64,000 nucleotides of DNA from a virus, in IMG/VR virus record IMGVR_UViG_3300002092_001594, positions 51,225-115,224 of that record; one strand, written 5' to 3'. The notes beneath the pieces are model-generated. The model searched no databases, was not told where the DNA came from, and saw only the letters and a list, made by a program, of their open reading frames with translations. A program made the position numbers and the translations under genes. Of this stretch, positions 9,579-20,023 are shown piece by piece; within the stretch, counting starts at the first letter, position 1, and every line of letters starts with the position of its first letter.

Positions 9579-10621
9579 TTATACTGTGTTAATTTTGCAA
9601 AAGTTTCACTTAACCATATTTGAGGACTAAGTAAAGTCTTACCTAACAAGTCTTCGTTATATAATTTTACAAACCTAGTAGGGTCGTATTCATTATTTGG
9701 GTTATTTAATAGATGATCTATTGTAACCTTATCTTCTTGAGGTATGTTTGGACTATGTAAATCCATTAATTTTCTGTTTATATCTAATTGATAAGAAAAA
9801 TTAAGTATATCACCATAATGTTTACTTTTTGCAATATTTTGCTTTGCATGTTCTAGTAAAACTAACAACCTAAATTTCTCTTCTTCTTTTAATTGAGGAA
9901 AAAGCTTTATTAATGTCTTTGCACCAATACCTTTTACCCCAGGTACATTATCGCCCTTATCTCCCAATATAACTTTACCTACTAAAAAGTTTTGAGGTGT
10001 AATTCCGTACTCTTTTACTACTCTAGCCGGGTCATAGATTATCTTCTTAACTGGTGAATAAACAGATATTTTATCTGATACGAGTTGTAAGTAATCTTGG
10101 TCAGTAGATAATATAGTTACCTTTTCGGGAAACCTAGTTGCAAGGTATCCAATTACGTCATCTGCTTCAATTTTATCTACTGCAATTAAATCAACAGGTA
10201 GGCACTTTAAATAAGAGACTAAGCGTAAGATTTGATTGGTAATAGATTCAGATTCTTCTTCTTGATTATCAAATGCATCCCAGTTTGAGATTTTAGTAAT
10301 ATGTCTATTAGCTTTATACTCTGGGTAAAGGTATCTTTTATTTGTTGAACCACCAACACCGTCAAAAACTAAAATAACCCTTGTAGGTTGTATTTGTTTT
10401 ATCACAGCACCGACTGATTTTAAAAAACCTCCTAGTCCTCCTACGTGGTTACCTGCTGGATTTACGTGATGTATTGCTACAAAACTACGTAAAAACGTAT
10501 TTAACGAATCCACAATAAGAACCCTGCTATCTTTATGCAGGGTCGTTACCGGTTCATTTTCCATTTCCGTAAACATTTTTCTATAGTCTGTATTCATATT
10601 ATTATTCTTCTGAAGCGTCAA
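9560..10621 (-). CDS. 5'-3' exonuclease / flap endonuclease (T4 RNase H-like)
   Basis: LIVDS, LVFDG, YPEYKANR, EADDVIG, STDQDYLQ, GDKGDNVPGVKGIG. Confidence 0.92.
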   Translation of the reverse strand: MTLQKNNNMNTDYRKMFTEMENEPVTTLHKDSRVLIVDSLNTFLRSFVAIHHVNPAGNHVGGLGGFLKSVGAVIKQIQPTRVILVFDGVGGSTNKRYLYPEYKANRHITKISNWDAFDNQEEESESITNQILRLVSYLKCLPVDLIAVDKIEADDVIGYLATRFPEKVTILSTDQDYLQLVSDKISVYSPVKKIIYDPARVVKEYGITPQNFLVGKVILGDKGDNVPGVKGIGAKTLIKLFPQLKEEEKFRLLVLLEHAKQNIAKSKHYGDILNFSYQLDINRKLMDLHSPNIPQEDKVTIDHLLNNPNNEYDPTRFVKLYNEDLLGKTLLSPQIWLSETFAKLTQYKLKDQE

Positions 10622-11678
10622 AAATATCCTTACTGTCGTCGTCGGTTTCTATTATTACATCAAAATCAGTAGCACCTAAAGTTTTTAACCAGTCTTTTGA
10701 ATACTGTTTCTTATAGGCATCAATAGCTTGCTTAGTATCATCAATAAAACCGTGTGCGGTCATAATGACTCTACCGGCGGAAGTAACATCGTTAACGTGA
10801 TTCTTATCACAACTAACTTTAGTACGCTTTGCAAACTCTACATCTTTACCGTTTTTAGTAGCTTTAATCTTATTTGTACCTGAACTAGTAACGTTACCGA
10901 AAGTAACAATTAATGAAGCGTCAAAGTACATCGTATCTCCGCCTTTATTTTTCATCTTAGGCTGTGCCATGATGTTTTCTGCTTTAGCTACCCAGATTTT
11001 ATTCACTGCTAGCATTGAGTTGGTATAAGGTTGACTCTCTTTACGTGATAATACGATTTTTTGGTTGATAAAGTTACCAAATGTCTTAGACATAGCACCT
11101 GCATTCCACTCATTATTGTTCTTATTAGATGTTATAGACATTTCACAAGGTATACTACCTACTGAATCCCATAAAAATAATAAATCGTAAGGTAATTTAC
11201 CGTTCTTTTGTTCGTCTAGTAAATCTGCAATAAATGCACCTACGTCTTCAATACTATTTAGCTTTTCTCTGTCGATATACAAGAAAAAGCCTTTATAATC
11301 CTTCACTACTCCGTCTTCATCAGCTACTTCATCAAATTGTAATCCCATTTGCTTGGCATGTTCCCAATTCCACTTCATCTCTGTAATGATAAACACAGGT
11401 AAGACGCCCATTTTCTGGGCGCTTACCGCTGCTTCTAGAAGAGCTGTTGTTTTACCTGTGTCAGAGTGACCGCGGAGTAGTGTAATATGGCCTTGTGGGA
11501 TGCCAGGTATAGATAAACAGTCTTGAAAGGCTTTTGACAAAGGTATCCATTTTTGTTCTTTCATCTTAATCGATGTACTAGATAAGTTCTTTGCTTCTTT
11601 AAAGCTATCTAGATTAAAGGTACCCTTTAGGGCACCAGCTATACTCTCATTAAGAGAAGCTTTAGTTCCTTTTGCCAT
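10602..11678 (-). CDS. recA: RecA/UvsX-like recombinase
   Basis: GHSDTGKTT Walker A, ITEMKW, LWDSVGS, KGG. Confidence 0.85.
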   Translation of the reverse strand: MAKGTKASLNESIAGALKGTFNLDSFKEAKNLSSTSIKMKEQKWIPLSKAFQDCLSIPGIPQGHITLLRGHSDTGKTTALLEAAVSAQKMGVLPVFIITEMKWNWEHAKQMGLQFDEVADEDGVVKDYKGFFLYIDREKLNSIEDVGAFIADLLDEQKNGKLPYDLLFLWDSVGSIPCEMSITSNKNNNEWNAGAMSKTFGNFINQKIVLSRKESQPYTNSMLAVNKIWVAKAENIMAQPKMKNKGGDTMYFDASLIVTFGNVTSSGTNKIKATKNGKDVEFAKRTKVSCDKNHVNDVTSAGRVIMTAHGFIDDTKQAIDAYKKQYSKDWLKTLGATDFDVIIETDDDSKDIFDASEE

Positions 11679-11686
11679 GTATTTGT

Positions 11687-12496
11687 TTATTTAAATAATT
11701 CGTCAAACTCGTCGTCAATGCTTGCCTTAGGTTTAGCGTTTAAAGCAAACGATGCTGGTTTATTAGCAGGAGCTGGTGCTTCTACTACAGGTGCTACAGG
11801 AGCTGCTGGTTCGTCAGTAGCCGCTTCAGGGTGTAACCAGCTTAATAAAGACTCTTTCATCTCATCGTAAGAATATTTCTTAAAGATAGTGAATACCTCT
11901 GGTTGAGTATTTAACCACTTTTCAACCTCTTTAGCATCTTCTGATAAAGTAGTAGTTTTAGTACGAACACGTACTTTAGATTGATTATAACCAGTACCGT
12001 TAGTTGCTGCATCGGTAGTTTCAATCGTAATATCACGACCATCGATTACATCTGTGTAGTCGCCTACATCAGGATCGTCAGCTAATGATAATAACTCGGC
12101 ATAAATTTGTTTACCGAACTCCCATAAGCGTACGCCCTTCTCTTCTTCACCTCTAACGATGACAGGAGCAAATACACGCATCTTTGGTTCTAATTTCTTA
12201 GACATAACCCAGTTTTCTTTATCACCTGCTGTAGCTAATTGCTTAGCAAACTCAACAATTGGATCTTTTTCACCGAAGTTAACTAATGAAATCATAGTAC
12301 GGTTACCAATACCGTAATGTACTAATACTTCCTTAAAAGGATTTGATCTGTCCCATGTAGCTGGAACAATACGAACGCTGTGTTTACCCACAGTAGGCTT
12401 CCATAAAATCAAAGACATGTCTCTTTTTTGACCGCCTGACTTTTGGTTTTGTAGCGAAGTAAGTTTCGACTTAATCGCGCTGAGGTCCATTGCCAT
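11687..12496 (-). CDS. Single-stranded DNA-binding protein (gp32-like)
   Basis: WKP..G...VRIVP, DPI, GVRLWEFG, GRD; acidic C-terminus DDEFDELFK. Confidence 0.8.
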   Translation of the reverse strand: MAMDLSAIKSKLTSLQNQKSGGQKRDMSLILWKPTVGKHSVRIVPATWDRSNPFKEVLVHYGIGNRTMISLVNFGEKDPIVEFAKQLATAGDKENWVMSKKLEPKMRVFAPVIVRGEEEKGVRLWEFGKQIYAELLSLADDPDVGDYTDVIDGRDITIETTDAATNGTGYNQSKVRVRTKTTTLSEDAKEVEKWLNTQPEVFTIFKKYSYDEMKESLLSWLHPEAATDEPAAPVAPVVEAPAPANKPASFALNAKPKASIDDEFDELFK

Positions 12497-12532
12497 AACT
12501 TATTGTTTTAGTTTAAAAATTTATTCTATAAG

Positions 12533-12564
12533 GAAATGTAAGTAGAAAAATCCGAATTAGCAAC
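12533..12564 (-). promoter_or_regulatory. Bacteroidota-type promoter for ssb-recA
   Basis: GTTG-N20-TACATTTC. Confidence 0.6.
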
Positions 12565-12984
12565 TTAAATAGTAACTATTTTGTGGATTTTTGTAGAAAG
12601 TTTTCTTAGATCATCGCCTTGAGTAAGCAATACAGTGTTTCTGTAATTTTGCCATTCTACTCTAAAGGACGTGTCTAAGATTCCCTCATTTAGGGATTTA
12701 ATTAGAAGGTTTAAACTATTAATCGTGTATAACGTATTGGTTTCCTTCTTTCTATGTAAAAGTATCGTATTTGGAAGTACTCTTGTATTAGTACTTTGAA
12801 CTTCAATATTGTAAGTGCACAAAAACTCATCAGACTCCTCAGATTCCAATACAAATATCTTATCGTACATGATAACATATTCGGATTTAATCGTATCTAA
12901 AACCTCTTCCAACTTGCTTTTAGGAGAGAATGTGCAAAATAACTTATTCTTCAATTGATCTTGTGTTAACTGTATAAATTCCAT
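12565..12984 (-). CDS. Conserved-looking phage hypothetical protein
   Basis: NKLFCTF...HRKKETNTLYTINSLN; real start may be the TTG near 12954. Confidence 0.65.
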   Translation of the reverse strand: MEFIQLTQDQLKNKLFCTFSPKSKLEEVLDTIKSEYVIMYDKIFVLESEESDEFLCTYNIEVQSTNTRVLPNTILLHRKKETNTLYTINSLNLLIKSLNEGILDTSFRVEWQNYRNTVLLTQGDDLRKLSTKIHKIVTI

Positions 12985-13006
12985 AATAAATAGTTGGTTC
13001 TTAGTG

Positions 13007-14305
13007 TTAAAAGTTATAGTTATCGCCTTTTTTAGCTTTAACCTTATATCCGTCCTCTTCTAATATATCTTTAATGTGAGATAATGTTCCTTTTCCATCT
13101 GATACTGCATAGTCAATTAGTATTGAATCATATACAACTAGAAGTACTTTGCTTTGCTTATCTTTTAAGTAGTCTTTTAGCTTATTTAGCTTTTTTACGT
13201 TATTTACCGTTTCTAGACACTGAATATAGTAGTTAAATAGCTTTTGAGGATTAGCATTTTCTTGAATAAGTTTTCTACCGTTTGGTAACTCTAAAAAACC
13301 GTTATTTGTATAGGTAGTCCACATAGCTCTTACAGTATGATACACGTCTTCGAAGAATTCAATGTACAGATACTCCTCTTCTACTCCGTTATACATCTGT
13401 CTGAAGGTAATTTTCTTAGCTTCTTGATATTCTTCAGGTGTTAATTCCTCTTTATTAAAATATTGCTTACCTAAATACTCGTGAATTGATTGATTCTGTG
13501 GTATATCAGTGTGCATTGCATCAGCAATTAGCCTTATATGATATCCATCGAAGTCAAACTCTACAAAAGCATCGTTTTGCGGTATAAAAGCCGTTCTAGA
13601 ACCGTTTTCTTTGTTAAAAGCAAGAAAATTTATACTATTAAATGCATTAGTAGGACGTGAAGTAATGTTATATAGGTTATAACTTGAGTAAACCCTACTA
13701 TCCCTTAGAGATCTCCCTTTCCAAGGAGTTTCAAAGTACTTATCAAAGAGCTTTTCATCTACTGAGATTCCCTGCTCTTCTACCCACTTGTATACTTCTA
13801 CGTATTTGTCTTGCCATTCAATATTCGACTCCTTTCCTACATACTCTTTCACCATTTCAAACATACACTCACACCTTTCGTAGTGCTTTGATATTGGTAT
13901 ATAGGTGTTTACTTGAGGTAAATACTTAAATCTTTCGTAGAAGTCTAAATGTACCGGTGTGTAGCATTGAAAATCTTTAATCTTACCGTCTATATCCAGG
14001 ACAGTAAAGTTTAAATCAATAGAATGAGGTAAATCAAAATAGTAAGAATGCCATTTTTTATCTAAAAGATATACTTTCGGTACTTCCTTAAGAAAACTCT
14101 CTATTGACTCTAATTTAATTGAAAATCCCTCTGAATGATTAATAGGTATTATGTATCCTTTCTGGAAATCATTATAATACAGTACGCAGGATGTGGTTAA
14201 AGCTGGATGGGTATGCTCTGATAGAGATACTAGCTCAATAAAGCATTTTCCTGGTTTAGGTAGCTGTGCTAATTGCTCTTCCGTCTCAACGATAAAATAT
14301 GCCAT
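13007..14305 (-). CDS. polA: Minimal family A DNA polymerase
   Basis: TSRP, motif A EFDFDGYHIRL, motif B AKKITFRQMYNG, NYYIQ, motif C VYDSILID. Confidence 0.8.
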   Translation of the reverse strand: MAYFIVETEEQLAQLPKPGKCFIELVSLSEHTHPALTTSCVLYYNDFQKGYIIPINHSEGFSIKLESIESFLKEVPKVYLLDKKWHSYYFDLPHSIDLNFTVLDIDGKIKDFQCYTPVHLDFYERFKYLPQVNTYIPISKHYERCECMFEMVKEYVGKESNIEWQDKYVEVYKWVEEQGISVDEKLFDKYFETPWKGRSLRDSRVYSSYNLYNITSRPTNAFNSINFLAFNKENGSRTAFIPQNDAFVEFDFDGYHIRLIADAMHTDIPQNQSIHEYLGKQYFNKEELTPEEYQEAKKITFRQMYNGVEEEYLYIEFFEDVYHTVRAMWTTYTNNGFLELPNGRKLIQENANPQKLFNYYIQCLETVNNVKKLNKLKDYLKDKQSKVLLVVYDSILIDYAVSDGKGTLSHIKDILEEDGYKVKAKKGDNYNF

Positions 14306-14326
14306 ATGTATAACCTTTATTTAATT

Positions 14327-14356
14327 TAATATAAACTATTTTCTCCAATCTTCCAA
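14327..14356 (-). promoter_or_regulatory. Bacteroidota-type promoter for polA
   Basis: TTG-N20-TATATTA. Confidence 0.55.
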
Positions 14357-14896
14357 GAGTTTATCTGATTTTTCTAAGTTATCTTCTTTCCATAAAGGCT
14401 GTAGATTAGTATAATGAAAACTGCCTTTTTTAGCTAAAGGGATAATATGATCGATTTGCCACTTTCCGTAATTATCCCAAGACATTACTTCTATAAATTG
14501 TTTTTCTAAGTGTACTACTAATTCTTCATACGTACAACCTATATAGGATTCAGCACTACCTAGTTTAGTCTGTCCTCGTAATTTTAAACCCTTACTTATT
14601 CTAGCTCCGACACTATGCCTTAATTTATAAAGGGTATCATACTTTAACACCTTGTGGTAATGTGTTCTCATTATCTCATTAGACCTTTCTTTATTTTCTT
14701 CTCTCCACTTCTTATTGTATTCTCTGAAGTACTCTGGATCTCTTTTATAAAAGTATCCAGGAGTTTTCTCTCTTACTTTTCTACCTACAAGCTTTTCACA
14801 TTCTTTGCATTTAGATTGTCTTTTATCTTTTGTATGCTTATGTTTATGGAATTGATCTAAAGATTTTTCTGTTTTACAGACAGTACAAGTTTTCAT
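14336..14896 (-). CDS. Free-standing HNH (homing-type) endonuclease with N-terminal Zn ribbon
   Basis: CxxC...CxxC; WQIDHIIPL...FHYTNLQPLW..DNLEK. Confidence 0.8.
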   Translation of the reverse strand: MKTCTVCKTEKSLDQFHKHKHTKDKRQSKCKECEKLVGRKVREKTPGYFYKRDPEYFREYNKKWREENKERSNEIMRTHYHKVLKYDTLYKLRHSVGARISKGLKLRGQTKLGSAESYIGCTYEELVVHLEKQFIEVMSWDNYGKWQIDHIIPLAKKGSFHYTNLQPLWKEDNLEKSDKLLEDWRK

Positions 14897-14911
14897 ACTA
14901 ATAAATAGTAT
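14895..14911 (-). promoter_or_regulatory. Hairpin ATACTA-TTTAT-TAGTAT overlapping the start codon, with the TATTTAT motif at the loop
   Basis: Perfect 6-bp inverted repeat read from the sequence. Confidence 0.5.
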
Positions 14912-14935
14912 AGGTCTATATAAAATACATAACTT

Positions 14936-15568
14936 TTAAGGAGTTATCTTTGCATACTTTGTATACTCCTCTCCAATAAATTCTACAATACCTCTAAAAC
15001 CTACTTGCTTTGCTTCTGTTACTCTTTTATTTGTATCGTAGACACCTCCTTGAACTTGGTATTGAGATAATCTCGTATCGTGTAATGGTCCAGTTAACTG
15101 CCATAGCATGCTTGTTGACTCGTAACTTAAGACAGCAGGTGAAACATTCCCGTTTTGTAATTGAGAGTAATCCATTTGAGAAATTTCTATAACGTACTGA
15201 GCACCAGAAACAGTTTTTGCAAAATACCTTGTGAAATAACCTCTTGAATAGTCACTAGCAATAGGTACAGGGAAGTAAGAATTTAGTTCAGACAGTGTTA
15301 CATCAGAACTTTTAGTCCTTTTTTGAGTATTTTGAGTACTTGCTGCAATATAGGCATTAGAGGTAGGATTACTGCTACTGCTAACTACAGGGACAGCGGT
15401 TAATTCTTCATTAGTACCTAATACCGGATTTATACCTGTAAAAGCTTTATTCTCATAAGTTAAGTAATACCTTCCAGCATAAGTCTTCCCGTCGAGGGTA
15501 GTAAATTCATTACCTCTTGTATAAAGGTTTGATCTTATTCTTGTAAGTGGATAATATTTTACTGGCAT
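14936..15568 (-). CDS. Hypothetical baseplate-region protein
   Basis: NLYT.G.EF, DY..GYFTRYF; directly follows the hub gene. Confidence 0.6.
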   Translation of the reverse strand: MPVKYYPLTRIRSNLYTRGNEFTTLDGKTYAGRYYLTYENKAFTGINPVLGTNEELTAVPVVSSSSNPTSNAYIAASTQNTQKRTKSSDVTLSELNSYFPVPIASDYSRGYFTRYFAKTVSGAQYVIEISQMDYSQLQNGNVSPAVLSYESTSMLWQLTGPLHDTRLSQYQVQGGVYDTNKRVTEAKQVGFRGIVEFIGEEYTKYAKITP

Positions 15569-15570
15569 AA

Positions 15571-18500
15571 TTATACGAAGTTTATAGCCCCATTATAGGC
15601 AGCAATTTGATTTATAGTTGAATTTGCAGTAAATTGAGTTAGTCCTATCTTTTTAAAATAGCCTAGTATCTGAGATACATACTGGTTTGGATTATTAGCG
15701 GGATCAGAAGGAGGTGCGTACACATTAATATAGTCAGTTATTGTAACTACGTTTTTGTAGTAGTCTCTTTTCTGTACTGCATTATTTGTAACACCTAGCA
15801 TTGCTTGAACTCCATCTGCAAGAGTCGGAAAGTATTTAACAGCTTTTCCAGTATTTCCTACGTTACCTGGATTGTTTGTTCTGTAAGCTAACGTATCTGG
15901 ATAGTATCCTTCTACTCCTATTTGAGCTAACATTAATGCTTTAATACCTGTAGTAGTATTAAGTGCTTTTACAGCATTTACTACATTAGCTCTAGACGGA
16001 CCTGTAGGTATTATTACATCCGCTGGTATAACTGTATTTGTAATAATAGGGAAGGTAAGTTGTAATTTCTCTAATGTTTTAGTAGTTCCATAGTCCGTAC
16101 TATCTCTTAACTTAATCATTTGTCCTCTAATCTTAGTTAACCATTGGTTATTATCAAGAGTATGAGTTAATCCTACTACAACAAATCCTACTTTAGTATT
16201 TCTATCTGCACCTCCTTGACCTCTTAGAGATAAAGGAAGTCTATCTTCGGGAATTGTAAAGGCATTACCCATTATAATACCTCCGATACCGTCTACTGTT
16301 AGATTAATATTAGCAGGAATAAAAGGAGCTGCTATTGTAATTCTATCTGCAGACTTAACCTGTGCTATACCGTTTATGTAATAATTTGCTGCAGCACTTA
16401 CCATTTTTTGAGATAATGCTACACCTCCTCGGTATATACTGACAACGTGTTGATTAAATTCAGTTGCTGCTAGATTTGCTTGATATTCTTGTGTCTCCTT
16501 TTCTTTGTCTGTAGTTTTATTATTTGAATTTGAGTTAGTATTAGAAGAATCAGAGATTGTAGGTTTATAGGTATCGAAAAAATTAGTATTTAACCAACTA
16601 AAAGAGGAATGGTCTGTTGAATTTACCGAGCCTATATTGGATTGTCCTGAGATTGCTATTACCTTAGATAGGTTTGTGGACATTTCTGTTTCAAATCTCA
16701 TATCTCTTACCAGACTGTATTTTCCAAATACAGGTAGCTGCCCGTATTTAGGTACATTAACCCCATTAGGTACACCGTAATTACTAGGAGCAGCTGTAAT
16801 GTCCATTGTCCAATCTTCACCAGCTATAGGAGGTACAAATTGATCATCTTTAATAATGACTGTATTACTGTCATCTCTATAAGCTACTCTAAAAGAATTT
16901 AAATTACCTGTTGCTTTATTTATCCCAGTCATAATATCATCTAAAAAACCTTTTAGATCTACCGTATGATCTGGGCTGCTAGTCGTTCTTGCATTTAAAG
17001 TACTAATTAAAAAATCTATATTTAGTAGGATCTCCATTGTACTACCTTGGTAGGGATTATCACTTGCTTTAAATTTAGGTAAATACCAAGATACTTCGTT
17101 AAGGTTTTCATTAAAGAGGGTATCACTGTTAGGATCGGGGTTAGGAGCTACATCTGGCGGGAATAGCTTTAGGTAATCTATTTGATTTCCTTGGTAAGGA
17201 ATCATACAGGTGAATGGGTCTATAGACATATGCTGAGGCATAGTCAAGCAAAAATTTGTATATGGATTAAAATCTAGGTAAACGTACGGATGTTTATCTA
17301 CATCCTGTCTTGAATCGTAAATTAAGCACATAGCGTTTAAAAAAGATAGTACGTAACCTAGTTTTAAATATGCCGGATGATTAACTTGATTAGCATCGTC
17401 TTGTATAGTCCACCTAATACCATAAGCTGTGGATAGGTCTTTAAAATTAACTGATTTAATACTGTTAAATAACGCAGGGTCATTTTTAGCATTTACCATT
17501 AAGTTACTGTTAAAGCCTTTTAATGCATATTGTATTAAATTAAATTCGGATGTAGTTCTATCTTCGGGGGTATCAAAAAGTGTTTCTAGTATAGTTCCTA
17601 GGTAGAATTTTCTTGTTAAGCCTATTAGCGATACGTTAACTACATCGTTTCGATCTGTAGTCATTGTAAATTCGACTTGACTTTTAACTGCTGCAAGCAT
17701 TGCATGTAGTGCAGAGGCAAATCTATAACCGGGATCGGTTTGTGTAGGTGTTGAATTGTTATCGATACCGCCATTATTACCTGCATCAGCATTTTGTATG
17801 GCATTTTGAGGAGTGCTTTCGGGTACAGGGGAAGCTAAGACAGATTCTATTAAAGCTGTATTTGTAAACTCTATAGTTAATGTTGAAATCGCTTTATTAG
17901 GTATAGTAATTTTAAAAGTTCCTTTTACTGTAACGTTATTAGCTGTGTTAGTAGTATTTTCTATAGAAGTTATTTGAACTTTTCTATCGTTTAAAAACCA
18001 ATCTTCTAATGCAGCTATAATTTCTTTTCTTGTTGGTCTTATTAATAAATCATCTGCTTCTTTTCCTTTTTCAGGATTAGGGAGAGGGGTGTACGTTATT
18101 GTAAGAGTATAGGGTTTTAAAATAACATTACCTGTTTTTGGATTTTTTACAGGAGCAGGAAATAGGAGGGTTACTGTAAGAGGTATATCTTTAAATGCTC
18201 CAGCTTGGGAGTAGATATATTCATCAGGCCCTAAAGAAAGTCCATTTCCGTATCCAAGAGAATTAATTGCAGTAGCTAGAGAAGTTTGAGGGTAGCGGTA
18301 TAGGTTATAATCAAAAGCTTTAATAAATTGATTTGACCCTAGTAAGTTATTGTCTTGTAAATTTACATAGCCTAGAGAACTGTTATCAAGTTGGCTTGCT
18401 CTAAATGCTGTAAGATTAAGTAGTCCTGCAGATAAAACCACTTCAGGATAGTTGTCCGCAGGAATTAAAGTCCAAGTACTCCTTAATCCTGTAATAGGGC

Positions 18501-19725
18501 TTAAAAATAAGCCGGTTCTTTTTTGATTAAGTTCGGTAATAAATGGACCGCCGGTCTTTCCTCCTGTTTGAGCTTTATAGTAGTAATCGAGAACAGTATT
18601 AGTAATTTCATTAGCGGTATCTACATTATATGCAACAGGTAAGGCTTGATCTGCTAAAAAAGTATCTTGACCAGAAGTAGAAGTTGTTGAAATTCCTGTA
18701 TCTGCGGTATAAATTTTAGTATAAATCTCTTGGGGATTAGTAGGAGTTGCAGGAAGAGGGTCTTTAAAGCTGGCTTTTTCTCTTTTTTGCGCTTCTGCAT
18801 TATCTGCCTTCCTTTTATCTAATATCTCTTGCTCTGCTTTTAAAGTATCTTGCTGACTCTTATATGCCTGTAGTATTGCAGTAGGCATTATATAAGATGA
18901 ATTAATTCTTAGAGTATCCATTATTGCACCTAATCCTATAAGTCTAATTGTACAGTCGTACCCGCCTGTTTGGTTAAATGACCAATGAAAATTTGTAACT
19001 ACCCCTAGCATACCGTCATAATTAGCACTTAGTTTATAAGATCTCTGTGCTATCAACTGCTGTATCTTTTCCTTTCTTAAATCGGACTGAAAAGGATCTA
19101 TACCGTAGGTATTAGTAGTAAAGGTACCACCACCACCTTGCTGATTTACGTTAGTATAAAATTGATTGTGTCCCCATTCAAGTAGCATTGAATATCCGAG
19201 TCTAAAATATAAAGCTTCAATTATGTTTAATTGATTCATATTCCAAACTTTAAACTGAATTGTAGCCTCTCTTAAAGAACCTAAAGTACCTTTTGTATCA
19301 ATAGTAACAGAGGTTAAACCAGGCATTGGTCTATAACCTAATTCTTCTGTACCTCCTAAACCATATGCTCCATCTAGACCGATACCGTACCTTAAATCAA
19401 TATTTGCACCGTTTGCTTTTGAAGTACCTGCTTCTAATGTCCAGTATTTTGCTAAATCATCTGCATTTGCATAATCTACTCCTAATTTTTTATAGTACTC
19501 TGATAGAGGGGTGGGAATTCCGTTATTGCTTTCGGCTTGAACTCTAACAGAGGAAGTTAATTTTACCCACGACATTTTATTGGCTAGGAATAAAATTTCT
19601 TCATCACTTCTAGTAGGTACATTACCAGCTCCAGTACTATTGTGGGCAGCTCTTAAATTTAACTGTGTCAGTACGTGTTCTGCAAAGGGAGCGCCAATTA
19701 CATTAGAGAGCTTTTCACTAGCCAT
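15571..19725 (-). CDS. Large baseplate hub/tail protein with C-terminal lysozyme-like domain
   Basis: RPMPGL..GSLREAT..Y.MLLEWG hub-like N-terminus; C-terminal RTNNPGNV...YAPPSD muralytic-like motif. Confidence 0.65.
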   Translation of the reverse strand: MASEKLSNVIGAPFAEHVLTQLNLRAAHNSTGAGNVPTRSDEEILFLANKMSWVKLTSSVRVQAESNNGIPTPLSEYYKKLGVDYANADDLAKYWTLEAGTSKANGANIDLRYGIGLDGAYGLGGTEELGYRPMPGLTSVTIDTKGTLGSLREATIQFKVWNMNQLNIIEALYFRLGYSMLLEWGHNQFYTNVNQQGGGGTFTTNTYGIDPFQSDLRKEKIQQLIAQRSYKLSANYDGMLGVVTNFHWSFNQTGGYDCTIRLIGLGAIMDTLRINSSYIMPTAILQAYKSQQDTLKAEQEILDKRKADNAEAQKREKASFKDPLPATPTNPQEIYTKIYTADTGISTTSTSGQDTFLADQALPVAYNVDTANEITNTVLDYYYKAQTGGKTGGPFITELNQKRTGLFLSPITGLRSTWTLIPADNYPEVVLSAGLLNLTAFRASQLDNSSLGYVNLQDNNLLGSNQFIKAFDYNLYRYPQTSLATAINSLGYGNGLSLGPDEYIYSQAGAFKDIPLTVTLLFPAPVKNPKTGNVILKPYTLTITYTPLPNPEKGKEADDLLIRPTRKEIIAALEDWFLNDRKVQITSIENTTNTANNVTVKGTFKITIPNKAISTLTIEFTNTALIESVLASPVPESTPQNAIQNADAGNNGGIDNNSTPTQTDPGYRFASALHAMLAAVKSQVEFTMTTDRNDVVNVSLIGLTRKFYLGTILETLFDTPEDRTTSEFNLIQYALKGFNSNLMVNAKNDPALFNSIKSVNFKDLSTAYGIRWTIQDDANQVNHPAYLKLGYVLSFLNAMCLIYDSRQDVDKHPYVYLDFNPYTNFCLTMPQHMSIDPFTCMIPYQGNQIDYLKLFPPDVAPNPDPNSDTLFNENLNEVSWYLPKFKASDNPYQGSTMEILLNIDFLISTLNARTTSSPDHTVDLKGFLDDIMTGINKATGNLNSFRVAYRDDSNTVIIKDDQFVPPIAGEDWTMDITAAPSNYGVPNGVNVPKYGQLPVFGKYSLVRDMRFETEMSTNLSKVIAISGQSNIGSVNSTDHSSFSWLNTNFFDTYKPTISDSSNTNSNSNNKTTDKEKETQEYQANLAATEFNQHVVSIYRGGVALSQKMVSAAANYYINGIAQVKSADRITIAAPFIPANINLTVDGIGGIIMGNAFTIPEDRLPLSLRGQGGADRNTKVGFVVVGLTHTLDNNQWLTKIRGQMIKLRDSTDYGTTKTLEKLQLTFPIITNTVIPADVIIPTGPSRANVVNAVKALNTTTGIKALMLAQIGVEGYYPDTLAYRTNNPGNVGNTGKAVKYFPTLADGVQAMLGVTNNAVQKRDYYKNVVTITDYINVYAPPSDPANNPNQYVSQILGYFKKIGLTQFTANSTINQIAAYNGAINFV

Positions 19726-20023
19726 TATTTGCTAAATTATATTCGTTTATAACTGTTTGTAAGTTAGTTGGAATTCTTAATTGAATCCCCACCGGTGCAT
19801 AAATAGAGTCTCCTGAAAGGGAATTTGCTGAAGCAATAACCCACCAAAGGCTAGAATCTTGATAAAAATCGTAAGCTATTAGATCTAGTCTACTACCCAC
19901 TGTTGTAATTATATAGTAATCATTGTTTACCGGGGGAATTTCAGGGTAAATGTTAGTCTGGTAGAATATACTACCTGTTACGTCTGCCTTTATTACCGGT
20001 ATGTTTTGATATCTTGATGCCAT
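19718..20023 (-). CDS. LysM/TailX-like baseplate protein (gp53-like)
   Basis: RLDLIAYDFYQDSSLWWVIASAN...G.QLRIP. Confidence 0.8.
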   Translation of the reverse strand: MASRYQNIPVIKADVTGSIFYQTNIYPEIPPVNNDYYIITTVGSRLDLIAYDFYQDSSLWWVIASANSLSGDSIYAPVGIQLRIPTNLQTVINEYNLANNG

